A stretch of 59,290 nucleotides of DNA, filler included, from Piptocephalis cylindrospora (lineage: Eukaryota): NCBI GenBank assembly GCA_003614145.1. It is 2 parts of 2 records of this genome, joined end to end, with 100 filler letters (N's around TTAATTAATTAA, not from the genome) between each part and the next. Parts side by side here need not be neighbours in the genome. Positions count along the whole stretch, not along the records: positions 1 to 29,983 come from KZ987756.1; 1 more part is not named here. The stretch is one strand, 5' to 3'. This document shows, one piece after another, positions 13,849 through 24,291 of this stretch; within the stretch, counting starts at the first letter, position 1; each line of letters opens with the position of its first letter. The position numbers and the translations under genes are program-made. Below the pieces are notes generated by a model. The model was given only the letters and a program-made list of their open reading frames with translations, had not been told where the DNA came from and did no database searches.

Positions 13849-14538
13849 GCTGAAGTGGAAGGGGAGGAGTGATGGCGGTGGGTAAAGATTGGGAATAGAG
13901 TGAAAGTTGAAATGAGGACGGATAGTATGATGCGTAAGAGAGTCTGGAAGAGGAGGAATAATGCTGTAAGAGGTACTTTTTATATCTAATGTCGCGGAAA
14001 TGCTGGCGCCCTCATCCTCCACTCTTCCCCACCCTAACGACCATAGTCAGTATAGCCCTCTTTTTCCACCTCACCACCTGACCACATGGTCTATGATTAT
14101 AGTCCGTGTCCCACCACACCTCTTGGCGATGCCTAGATGAGGTCAGGGTGATAGACATGCACAAGACTAGGATATTAGCTCACATGGTGTCATCAGACAA
14201 CAGCATCACATGCTAAGCCCAATGTGAGAGGGCTGATGGATGGCGGAGTAATCGCGTACTTACTGTTCTCTCACAGGATGCCATGGCGTTCGTCTGGGGC
14301 TGGAGCTTGAGCACAAGTCGCTTGTATAACCTATCACCTCTGTTACTTCAACTTATATTCCAGCTTAGCATGTGCAATGATCTGATGAAGACGCGATGAT
14401 TTGCCCTAATCATACCGATACTATTCTCCAGCGCTCGATGCCACATGCAGTACACAGAAAGGATGGGCTCACCACCGTTCAATATACATCTCACATTACC
14501 AATTGTATTTCTACAGCCGGGGCTTTCTTAAGAGAATT

Positions 14539-17076
14539 CTATGCAGCATTGTTCTGGAATGCTTTGTACTTTGACATATCCACCCGTTCCTCGCGCTCAC
14601 GTGATTTCACACGTCTCTCAAGGACTACTTCCGAGGCGCCGGTAGCGTGAATGTTCCCCCGGAGACTTTCAATGGCCGTCTCCCTACATCGACATGAATT
14701 CAAGGGTTTACCCAAGAGGGGATATTAGAATGATCAAATGATCATGACGTTCTAGTCAAGGGACTCTACTTACCGAAAGACCATAGAGATGGCCGTGGGG
14801 CTCCATTCGGCCATCCTGCTTAGTATGGCTAGGTTTGGATAAGCAAGGCCCATCTTTCCGCCGAAGGAACTAGCCAACGCGACCACATCCTCTGGGAATG
14901 ATGCTGGACCCACAAGGAGCTTCTGATCAAATCTTCCTGGTCTCAGCAATGCCTCATCCATCTCCCAGGGTGCATTGGTTGCCCCGATGATCAAAACACC
15001 TCGTGTATCCCCCACTCCGTCCATTTCATTCAGAAGAGTAGATAGTACTCGACCTTCCACCCCCCCGCCCCCTCCGCTACCTTCATCGTTACTCAGCCCT
15101 GAGTGAAATTATGAGAGATGTCAGCGTGTAAGGAGTAAATCATCCTCTTTATACCATCAATCCATAAAACGTACCTCGTCTCATCCCCAGGGATTCCACT
15201 TCGTCCATGATAATAACACAGGGAGCAGAGGCTCGGGCAGAGGCAAATATCCTGGACAAGGTGGCCTCGGTCTCGCCTAGATACTTTGAAAATATCTCTG
15301 GGCCCTTGACAAACAAGGCATTGAGGTGCAGCTTATGCACCATTTCTTGGATCATCAACGATTTCCCGCATCCCGAGGGTCCGTAGAGTAGGATCCCGGA
15401 GGGAGGAGTCATGCCCAAAATGTTCTCATCTGCCAAGGCCCTAGAAATGAGCATTTCCAATCTCTTTTTCTCCCGCACATACCCAAGAACCAAGGAGGTA
15501 CTCCCATCCTCCTGGTCATGAGCTCGATGACCTGTCGCGCCCAAGGGTCCACCCAAGGGGTTTGACCCAATGACCTCGGCAATGTCCCCATGAGCACTGA
15601 TTGTGGAGACGGATAGAGCCCAGCGGAAGTCTCGTAGGAAATCTCCGGGAGAGATCCTCTTCTCGTCCAAGGCATCAGCGACCGCTCTTCGTACCGTTCG
15701 CCGAAGAGCCTTGTTACATAACCTCTCCAGCTCCTTAATAGTGCGCCCATTGGTCATCTAATCACATACGGTAAAAAGGGGAAAAAAGGGTAAGTGGAAA
15801 GAAGCATATGTGGAAAGAGATGGCCCCCCGGAGAAAACACACTTGTGCAATAGCTTGAATTTGACTTTCCACCTCTTCCAAGCCCTCTTTAGCACCATAA
15901 TGGTACACTCGTTCCATGAGATAGGAGCGAATCCAGGCTAATTTTTCATATCTATTGCATATCCCATTAGTGAATAGACGGTGGGAAAGGGTTGATTAAA
16001 AAGCCCTATAGCTGTCCGGAACGGACAGAGACCCCCAACTTAAAAACGTACCTGTCAGAAGAAGATGCCTGCACAATCGGAATTTTTAGCCCCTGGGAGA
16101 CTAGGAATGATGGAACAGCCTGGGTAGTGCGTTGATAGGCAAGGGTGAAGATAGGTTGAGATTGAAAGGATGTCATGACTTTACACCATGCAAGCCCCAG
16201 CGCTCGTCGGTCTCCATGCTCCATTTGGATAGTCGGGACGAGGAGATCTGCATCAAGGATCTCAACAATGCATGGAGAGGAAGCCTGTGCTCGTGTGTAG
16301 ATCCGACCTATTTTCTGCTCAATTTCGTCCTGTCCCACTCCTTCATCCGAATCTGCTATGATGGGTGCAAATGCAATGGAAAAGATTGGAAGATTCAATC
16401 TGTCTCGCGCAATTATCCTCACCTCCTTTCGAATCATCCCAACCTGATAACCACATGAGAGGATCAGGGCACGCGCCGGAGGAATGGACAAGTGGTGATA
16501 GAGGTGGGCATGATGAAAAGCGTCTTGAATGGCCTCAACGATGCGTACCATCGAAGAAGAAAGAGGTTTCAACAGATCTGGGCTCAGGCCTAAGTCTTTT
16601 GTCGCAAGCTCTGGGAAAATAATATCCAATTGAGACAATCGAGGATGAATGCGTGCCTTTTCCCCGGTCAATGACCAAGGTTCATCCCTTTCTTCCAGCC
16701 TCCCATCGATGATGCAAACCACTATGGGTCTTCCTACTATACATAACTTGATTTTTTGGTTTGGCTCCATCTAACCAATATACAGGGGGGGAGGGGAGGA
16801 TGGAGGGTGAGAAAAGAAACCGGATGATCGCCACGGTACTATCTAGGATCCGGGGTACCAGCCCGATCCTTACAAGCCTACCTCGGTTAAGGAAAGTCGA
16901 CGCGTCAAAGCATCCCTCCAATCGGGAAGGGCAAGGCCTTGGACAGGATTTCGCGGTAAAGGCAAGTCATGGGCCGATGTAAAGTCATCCACAAGCCTAA
17001 CAGTCAGAGAACAGAGAAGAGGCGCCTGGGACCCTTTGGTCCTGGGGGCTGCAGAAGCGAACTTTTTAATGACCAT
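14539..17076 (-). CDS. Double-AAA ATPase of the CDC48/AFG2 family, SPATA5L1-like; first AAA domain degenerate (multi-exon)
   Basis: D2 has GILLYGPSGCGKS, VKGPEIFSKYLGETE, IIMDEVES, RVLSTLLNEMDGVG and DEALLRPGRFD. The D1-like region (16006-16770) lacks a GKT Walker A. Start MVIKKF at 17076 is inferred. Confidence 0.78.
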
Positions 17077-18690
17077 ACCCACTACTATCCTTATAGTGAA
17101 AGAGAGGTGATGAGAGAGGAGAGAAAAGTTGGAAGAAGGGATGACCTGGGGAAAGCATCTCCAATCCCGACTGTACCTGATGTCTAAACACCACATGTCA
17201 GCTATGATCCTTTAAGGTACGATCTCAGCTTTAGTGTGCTCGTACTAATAACAACGCGCTTTTCTTTGTTAACATCATGCTTCTGGCTGGTCGTAGTATT
17301 AGTATCAGTATATACTTTTGCGTTGAAAAGGCTATTTCCTTATAGTAATCCACCCAAGGGACGGTATTAGTATTAATATTGCTGCAATGGAATATTTATC
17401 ATTCAACGACCCAGTTACATTATACATCCTGACGCAAGCTAGATAGTATTTGGGATTTATCCAAGGAAAAATAATAATTAATTATCTACTTGGCTCAAAT
17501 TCATTTATCGTTTTAATATACATTATCTCAGGCATACTCACTCTGTGATTCTTCGAAAGGGTCAAGGGTGACACCGAAATTTTTTTATCTCCATCGTCTC
17601 TGCACTACGGTTTACCCGCTCCATCATAGCAAAGGGCTCTCTGATCTAGGGCACCGATGTACCGACAGCCCAGATGAATCCAAGCTCAGTGTCAGAACAT
17701 ACAGCATGTCAATTTATACACTATGCCACTGTACCTATATTCTCAGGCCTAGTTCCGTCCAAGACATTTCGAAACAGCTCCATGGGCATTCCTGCCATGG
17801 TGTAAGAGATAGTCCATGGCGGGCCATTGAGAGGCACTGGCTTCTAGGATCTCCCCTCCGCTCACGCGACATGTCTCCCTGGTCAGGGATCTCTCCGTGT
17901 CATGGAGGCAAGGGATTGAAGCTCGCTCCCACAAAGGAAATGCCTTGGAGCATATGTGTTCATATGGCATATGGAGATGCGTTGACTAAATACATTTTCA
18001 AGTATCTCTTGAGGTACGTAAAATTTGATAAACCCCCCATCCAAAGCCTTTAGCTTCATTGATTCATAATTCCAGTGGTAATACCTCTAGCATACTCAAG
18101 ATCATTCCCTGGTTTGTCTGGTGTATTTGAAGGACATTTTTAGATGATCTTTGCCCAGCTGCACTGAATGACCTTATACATTTCTTATGATCAATGCCAT
18201 GTGACTCTGAATATTTGGGCCTTGTACTGTATCCAGTGAGTGCTTCCGAAAAAGCAGTTCAACACCTAGGATGGCTATGAACTTGCCCACTTCTTTAATC
18301 ATAACCAACCACATTTCGTTCCCCTTCTTTCCTATATTGTTCATGCTAGGATGACATTAGTAAGAGACCTGCGAAGAAATGTTCTCCGTTACCGATAGGA
18401 TAGTCAGCCTATTGAGTAGGGACATCAAACGACCACCGTCTAGTTAGATACGGCAGATGCAGAATTTTGCCATCCATCATACCTAGTTAAGCAGGATGCT
18501 CATTGGTTTAAGGTCCTTTCTATGCGCCTCCTTTCCCATTGTCATGCCGTCTACGCTTTCCCCACAAGTATCAATGAATACCCCTCATGTCTACGCGCTT
18601 TCATCTCCGCAGAAGGAGATGGGAAGATAATTTCACGCTCAAACATTCCTCGTCTTTCAGGATCCTATTCTTCTTTGAAAGGAATGCGGC

Positions 18691-18697
18691 TATAAAA
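18691..18697 (+). promoter_or_regulatory. TATA box of secreted-protein gene
   Basis: TATAAAA about 140 bp upstream of ATG 18834, followed by a pyrimidine-rich leader. Confidence 0.6.
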
Positions 18698-18833
18698 GGC
18701 CTATCAAGCATATACCCATCAACATACCTTTGACCTTCATCCCTCTCATCCATCTCCCCCCTGTCCCTCACTCTCCTCACTCCTTGCTCCTTTGCGCCTT
18801 GTTAATCACTTCACCCCATCACCACTCTACGCC

Positions 18834-19256
18834 ATGCGTCTCGCTTTACTAACCCTCTCGATCCTGGCCTTTCTGGCCATCCTCTCCCATCCTGCCCAGG
18901 GGAGATGGGTCCCTGAGGTCTCCTCAGCCACCGCCGTATCAACCAGCTCTACAGCCGTTTATACCATCCCCAATCCACCCCCGGCCCCGCCCAAGCGCTC
19001 TCCCCGATCTTACCTTTTCTCCCTTAAGGACTCCAAGAAGGACTTTACCGCTTTTGACCGGGACTTTAAAAACACGATCAAGAAGGTGAATCAGGCTCTA
19101 GGCATGGACGGAGCTAACTCTATCCAGACCACGCTCAAGCTTACCAACTTCGCCATGTACACCGTGATCATTACCCGGGGCGTGTATGACTGGATCATTC
19201 ACGATTCCCGAATCAGTACCTTTGATGCTGATGGCCATGGAGGCCTGGCTCGTTAA
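18834..19256 (+). CDS. Small secreted protein (140 aa) with peptidase-inhibitor I9 / subtilisin-propeptide-like domain
   Basis: Signal peptide MRLALLTLSILAFLAILSHPAQG, S/T/P-rich linker and KR site, then YLFSLKD...FAMYTV...WIIHDSRISTFDADG, which resembles the I9 pattern Y-I-V-x-L-K ... F-x-G-Y ... D-P-x-V-x-x-x-E-x-D. Confidence 0.6.
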   Translation: MRLALLTLSILAFLAILSHPAQGRWVPEVSSATAVSTSSTAVYTIPNPPPAPPKRSPRSYLFSLKDSKKDFTAFDRDFKNTIKKVNQALGMDGANSIQTTLKLTNFAMYTVIITRGVYDWIIHDSRISTFDADGHGGLAR

Positions 19257-20160
19257 AGGAAGACATGCTTATCGAGTCCAAATCCTTGGGGGTATATCAT
19301 TACTACCTCTGAACATGATGAATGCCTTCATCTTGTGGAAACGCGCAGCGATGTGTCTCTACAAGAGAGGGTAAGGGGAGGGAGGGGGGGGAAGGTGATA
19401 TCTACCCAGCCATCTGGTACCATACACATACCCTTGCCCTTTCTATTTAATCGCATATATCATATGAAGCATCGTCAATAAGTGAAAATCAAGTCTATTT
19501 GCAACACAAAGGCAATATCATCATCCGGGAAACATAAGAGATCTATTCGTGAGAAGGGAGATAAGGATGTCAGCGCATTGTCCCATCACGTCAGTGAATA
19601 TGTTCACCATCACAAGCATTGAGCTGCGACTTTAGAGTCAGGAGCTTAGTATATTCCTAGAGACTCAACAGCAATCAAGGGCAGCAATGGGAAGTAGAGA
19701 CCAAGAGCACAACGGGAAATGCATGGGACGAGCAAAAGAATAAAGGATAAGGGAAGGGCCAGACGAAGATAAGCATAGGAGGGAGAAATGACGAGGATGA
19801 AGGTGCGATACAGTGGTGGCATAATAGGAGGGACGATGAGGGGAGAACAACCCAGTGCCGAGGCAAAAGCGAAGTCCGTCGACCCAAACCTGTCCCATCC
19901 AATACAGTCCATTCAAAGCAACGAATCCAACAACGCAGCATCATTCATCCACTCTCACGCCAGTCAATGCCCTAGCGCATCCTCCACCCACCTTCAGCGC
20001 TGAAGACACGAAAACCATGCATACCATTGCACCCCAGATACTACTTGCCCATCCCTGAACCCACCAGACCACTGGGATGAGCACATGTGGCAGCCGGGGA
20101 CAAGAAGGAGGATAACCCTCCAACACCCCCGACGTACCCCATGCACTGAACATCCTTTGT

Positions 20161-20272
20161 CCCTCAGAGAATGGATATAACTAGGTGTCATCATTCCGCC
20201 TAAAGAGGCTAGCCAAATCGTGCATACATAGGGTAAAGATGACTCACCATTCAATAGAGTGACACATCATTA
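20161..20272 (-). ncRNA. Candidate box C/D snoRNA, target unassigned
   Basis: Terminal CTGA (20164-20167) followed by GGG, internal ATGATGA (C'-like); 5' box C ambiguous (ATGATGT at ~20270, or a degenerate box near 20230). Confidence 0.35.
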
Positions 20273-20380
20273 GGTCGTCGTAGATACGCTTTTCAAAATG
20301 AAGTAACATCTGTAATAGGCAGAGATGAAGGGTGAGCAAATATGGAGAAAAGGAGGAAAGAAGTAGAGGAAAGGATTGTG

Positions 20381-20458
20381 GGCTCAGATGATAAGTTGTC
20401 GTCTAGACGCGTAAGCGCTCAGGTGAAACACGGATTATCATAGAGATACATCATGGCC
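20381..20458 (-). ncRNA. Box C/D snoRNA guiding the LSU rRNA UGAAACACGGA region (U18-region, shifted target)
   Basis: ggcc-ATGATGT ... TCCGTGTTTCA-C-CTGA (D') ... CTGA-gcc terminal stem; 11-nt antisense to the conserved LSU motif UGAAACACGGA. Confidence 0.72.
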
Positions 20459-20637
20459 AAAAGGAGAGGGGGGAGGGATGCACCTACCAAGAGAAAAGAG
20501 TATGCCAAGGCAGAAATGGCCTTATTGTAGACAGATCACTGCTGTAGGCTATAATGAGGAAGGAGGGAGGATGAGCCGACCGATCCACCCATTAGGCACA
20601 ATCCCTCACAGATGCGAATAATGCATCAGGTCAATTA

Positions 20638-20722
20638 ACCTCAGATATGGTTTGGTTTGGTTAAAGAATCTCCTCACGATTGCAATCAGAAGCAGAACTG
20701 AAAAGTAAAGGTATCATCCCCG
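20638..20722 (-). ncRNA. snR61: Box C/D snoRNA snR61/SNORD38 homolog, copy 2 (box C variant GGGATGA)
   Basis: D' guide CAGTTCTGCTT-CTGA is antisense to LSU AAGCAGAACUG; terminal CTGA; flanked by a 13-bp inverted repeat (20624-20636 / 20726-20738). Confidence 0.8.
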
Positions 20723-20897
20723 GAAAATTGACCTGATGAGATGAGTGGGAGTAGAGGAGACTTACCATAAATCACGATATGCGACCTAGAAGTCAAATGC
20801 TAGACTAGCAGGTTGGACTTTCATACGAATAAGGAAAGGAAGGTGAGCGTGAGACATCAAAAAAAGGATGCGAAAGGGTGCAAGGATCAAAAAGATA

Positions 20898-20983
20898 ATC
20901 TCAGATATGGTTTGGTTTGGTTAAAGAGTCTCCTCATGATTGCAATCAGAAGCAGAACTGAAAAGTAAAGATATCATCACCAA
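20898..20983 (-). ncRNA. snR61: Box C/D snoRNA snR61/SNORD38 homolog, copy 1
   Basis: GTGATGA box C, D' guide CAGTTCTGCTT-CTGA (D+5 rule gives the A equivalent to yeast 25S Am1133), C' ATGAGGA, D CTGA; 11-bp flanking inverted repeat (20881-20891 / 20991-21001). Confidence 0.87.
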
Positions 20984-21175
20984 TATCCCCTTTGATCCTT
21001 GTCTCCTCACACGATATAAGATGTATAGGCGGCTTACCTTAAGGACGACTCGCCTCGGGCGAGTCAAAAGTCATTTATACAACGCGCGTGGCATCCACGA
21101 TTCATGCTATAAAACAGAAAGGATGATTAGTCATGCTCCTTTCATCCTATCAATCGACGACATAAGATAGAGGAT

Positions 21176-21261
21176 CCTCAGATGGTGATGCATGTATTAG
21201 ACCATTTCATCATTAGCCCCGAGCAAGGGGTGTATGATACAGTGGATAATATCATCATAGG
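21176..21261 (-). ncRNA. snR55: Box C/D snoRNA snR55/SNORD33 homolog
   Basis: cct-ATGATGA ... ATGATGA (C') ... ATGCATCACCAT-CTGA-gg. The guide pairs (one G-U) with 18S UGGUGGUGCAU; D+5 gives the U equivalent to yeast Um1269. Confidence 0.88.
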
Positions 21262-21454
21262 AACTCCATGTACAAAAGCATAAGGGGAAGCGCAAGAGAC
21301 TTACTATGAAAAAGTCATGGCTTGAAGGGAAATGACATGCTCGGGATAAGGGAAATGTAGAGAGGTATAACTCTAAGTAGGGGAAGAAATAATGGAGAAT
21401 GAGTGTTTTTCCAACATTATACATACACCCTCCTCCAAAAGAACACAAAGACAA

Positions 21455-21553
21455 CGGTGGGTCAGAAACGAGGAATTCCTAAGATAAAAAATCTCTAGAG
21501 ATTATCCACACGGCATCTTCGGATAAAAAAGACAATGTCTTCATCATTCACCG
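21455..21553 (-). ncRNA. snR57: Box C/D snoRNA snR57 homolog
   Basis: cggtga-ATGATGA ... AGGAATTCCTCGTT-T-CTGA-cccaccg; 14-nt antisense to 18S AACGAGGAAUUCCU; D+5 gives the G equivalent to yeast Gm1572. Confidence 0.9.
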
Positions 21554-21751
21554 ACTGTGTCTTTGGGGAGGGGGGGGAGGGGGCTTACCTTGATAAGAGT
21601 GAGTGGGATGTATACAAGTGGGATAGTGGTGTTATATGAAGATAATTATTACATAAGGAAGAGGAGTGCTTTGGCGGAACGAGGAGGAGAAAAGGGGAGG
21701 GGAGGCTGAAAGAGCGGGGTGGTGGGCTAGGCTGACCCTGTTGCAGCCTGA

Positions 21752-21758
21752 CTTTATA
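21752..21758 (-). promoter_or_regulatory. Putative TATA box of the snoRNA host gene
   Basis: TATAAAG on the minus strand upstream of a pyrimidine-rich leader and the first donor at 21588. Confidence 0.5.
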
Positions 21759-22798
21759 GCTACTATCACGACAGCGCCTTTTTTTTTCTCTGGACTCCAT
21801 AAACTGTGCAGTTCTTGGCTGATAAAACGCGGCGGGCACATCTCGCTTTGCGCTGAGGATTTTCGCTGATCCACCTTTTTTTTTCTTGGTTTTCTCTCCT
21901 GTTCATTGCCCGGCCAATTCACGTACCACACCAGACGGAGAAATATTGGTGCAATTTTTGCACAAATGAACGGAATCGCCGTGGCGGTGGGATGTGTGGG
22001 TGGGTGCCGGGATAGACAAGGTGCCTCCTGAGCCTACACGCAACGGAGTTTGAATGGATGGTGCTGGATCCTCTAGCTGCCCCTTAGTGGTAGAGTAGTA
22101 ACGAAAGGAGACAGACAGAACCTTGCTGCAACAGCTCAGGTGAATAAAAGATGGAGACATCAATATCTTGAAAAAGGGGCCAAGAGGGAAAGACGACAGT
22201 CAAGAAGGGTGTATGGATAGCCCATGATAGCATGATCGTTGGCAGAGACTGCGTATTGACCGGGTGGGCCATGATACAAAAAGGGCTTCGCTTATGTTTC
22301 ATGGTTCAGAATTATGTTGACGATGGGAAGAGCATTTCCTCATGTCTTGTTTAACTGGGTGAGGGTAGCGTTGAGGGACTGAGAGTTATTTGATGCATAC
22401 AGTCTCCAAGGACCATGCTTGAGTCATCATTTCAGAGACTTGTCCTGCCAGGATAGGTGGACCCGAGGAGCTTGTCCCTGGCCTTTCGGACCTTGGGTCA
22501 TTCCAACCACCTGTCTCATTGCACCTTTCTGTCACCCTCATCTCTCTGGACTGCACCTCAGCCTAAATGATAAGGGTAGCGGGCTAGTGGGCTATTGATC
22601 CAATTCGCTCATCTCATCCGAGCCCCTTTCATATCCAGACCCCGACATTCATTAAGGGCATAAATAAACCTTAGAACACAAAGTATTCCCAGGGACAAAC
22701 CCTTCACATATAATCATTCATCCTTCCGCATTGCTTCATCCACAACCTCACTTACCTTTTCATCCTTCCCCTGGCTGATTCGTCCTAGCCCGCAAAGT

Positions 22799-24160
22799 AT
22801 GCCAAAGAAGAATACGCTCTCGAACACATCACAGGGTGGGCTGGGTATCCTGGGTATATGGTTCCCGGTTCTATCCCTCATCTTTGGCGGATGTTGCGCT
22901 AATGTCCTGGCCCTCGAGGCCATGGTGTCCGAGGCGCCTCATTCAGGTAAGGATGGTCTTGGAACAAGGAGGAAAGCAATCGCCTCACCTTTCCCGTTAT
23001 CGCTCTCAACGCGCATCATAAAGCTAATTTATTTACTGCGGCCCAATTCCTCATCGTGGCCCTCCTCAACCTCCCGGCCCATACACACTGGCCAAAGGGA
23101 TCATGGTTCCCGCGACTTGCCCCACGCAAAGTCCCAATGACACGGTGGATCGGGCAGGTGGCGCTTCATCTTTCCATCTCCTTGCTCAATAATGTTGCCC
23201 TTGGCTATCAGATCCCCATCCCTTTGCATATTGTCTTTCGATCGGCTGGACTCTTGGTCTCCATGCTCCTGGGCGCTCTCGTGGCCAAAAAACGGTATGC
23301 CACCATGCAAATAGTCTCTGTTCTTGCTGTCTCCGCTGGCGTAATACTCTCTACCCTTTCCTCCTCCTCCTCCACCTCAAGCAAAGGCCAGAGCAAGGAA
23401 GAGTCCTATTCCCAGTACCTCATTGGAATTTCCTTGCTCAGCGTTGCTCTCCTTCTCTCAGGCTTTCTCGGCCTCTATCAGGAAAAGACATATGCAAAGT
23501 ATGGGAACCAATGGCGTGAAGGTCTCTTTTACGGGGTAAGTATTGACCAAGAATGGGGCGAAGAGGTGTGTAAACAAAGCTCACGGTCTGGCTCATCCCT
23601 CCAATTTTTACATTAGCATTTCCTGGCTTTGCCTTTTTTCTTTATTTTCTTCCGGGATATCCAGGAGCAATCGGCCATCTACAACGCCTCCCAGCCTATG
23701 CAACTTACCCACTTGGCTCGTGGGACTCCATTTGCCTCCTTATCCCCACTCATTCCCTCAATGGCATTCCCTCGGCTTTGGATACAACTTGGAGTCAACC
23801 TGGTGACTCAGTAAGTGACAGCCTTCTCGTATTTTCAGCATAGCTAGTCTTTCATTTGGATGCATCATTCAATGATACTCCCTCTCTTTCTCTCATAGAT
23901 ATATTTGTGTCTTGGGCGTGAACCGTCTCACCGGAATCGCATCGGCCTTGACCTTGAATCTGGTTCTGAATGTTCGAAAGCTCACAAGTCTGGTCCTATC
24001 AGTTTTTCTCTTTGGCAATACCCTTGGCCCCGGTGGATGGGCAGGATGTCTCCTGGTCGCGGCTGGGAGCATGATGTATGCTTTAAGTAGTCGCACTCAA
24101 TCTCCACCATCTTCAATTAGCCCGACTGGTCCCCCCGGGGAGAAGAAAAAGGTGCAATAA
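22799..24160 (+). CDS. YEA4: UAA-family nucleotide-sugar transporter (UDP-GlcNAc/UDP-xylose; YEA4/SLC35B4-like), 4 exons
   Basis: LIFGGCCANVLALE, LNNVALGYQIPIPLHIVFRS, GLYQEKTYAKYG, WREGLFY, TQYICVLGVN, LNVRKLTSL; GT-AG introns. Confidence 0.9.
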
Positions 24161-24291
24161 TGAATGTGCATCCAGTGAATTAGCATGGAATTTTTTTTCC
24201 TTCCTACTATCTAAGTTGCTTGTCATGGATCATATAAGGCCACGATCTTGACAAGGGTTTCTCGTTAAATCCATACACATTCATTGGTCTT

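Larger units (their letters stand above)
20146..21720 (-). ncRNA. Spliced non-coding snoRNA host gene (one box C/D snoRNA per intron); ends approximate
   Basis: Minus-strand donors at 21588 (GTAAG), 21304 (GTAAGT), 21037 (GTAAG), 20765 (GTAAGT), 20487 (GTAGGT) and 20247 (GTGAGT). Pyrimidine-YAG acceptors at 21373, 21107 (with GACTAAT branch site), ~20800, ~20550, 20310 and 20146. Exons are short with no long ORF; upstream TATAAAG. Confidence 0.75.

Noticed and set aside
17568..18053. 161-aa ORF starting at GTG
   Set aside because: Non-ATG start, random-looking composition, no motifs.
19640..20140. Overlapping short ORFs downstream of the snoRNA host
   Set aside because: Low-complexity pyrimidine-rich minus strand; more likely the 3' part of the non-coding host. 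No C/D or H/ACA element could be supported.
20640..20980. 78-bp direct repeat as LTR/CRISPR/transposon end
   Set aside because: Explained by duplicated snR61 snoRNAs with C/D boxes and an rRNA guide.
12887..24160. Possible GlcNAc gene cluster (NAG1 + UDP-GlcNAc transporter)
   Set aside because: About 9 kb apart with unrelated genes between; no deacetylase or GlcNAc kinase nearby.
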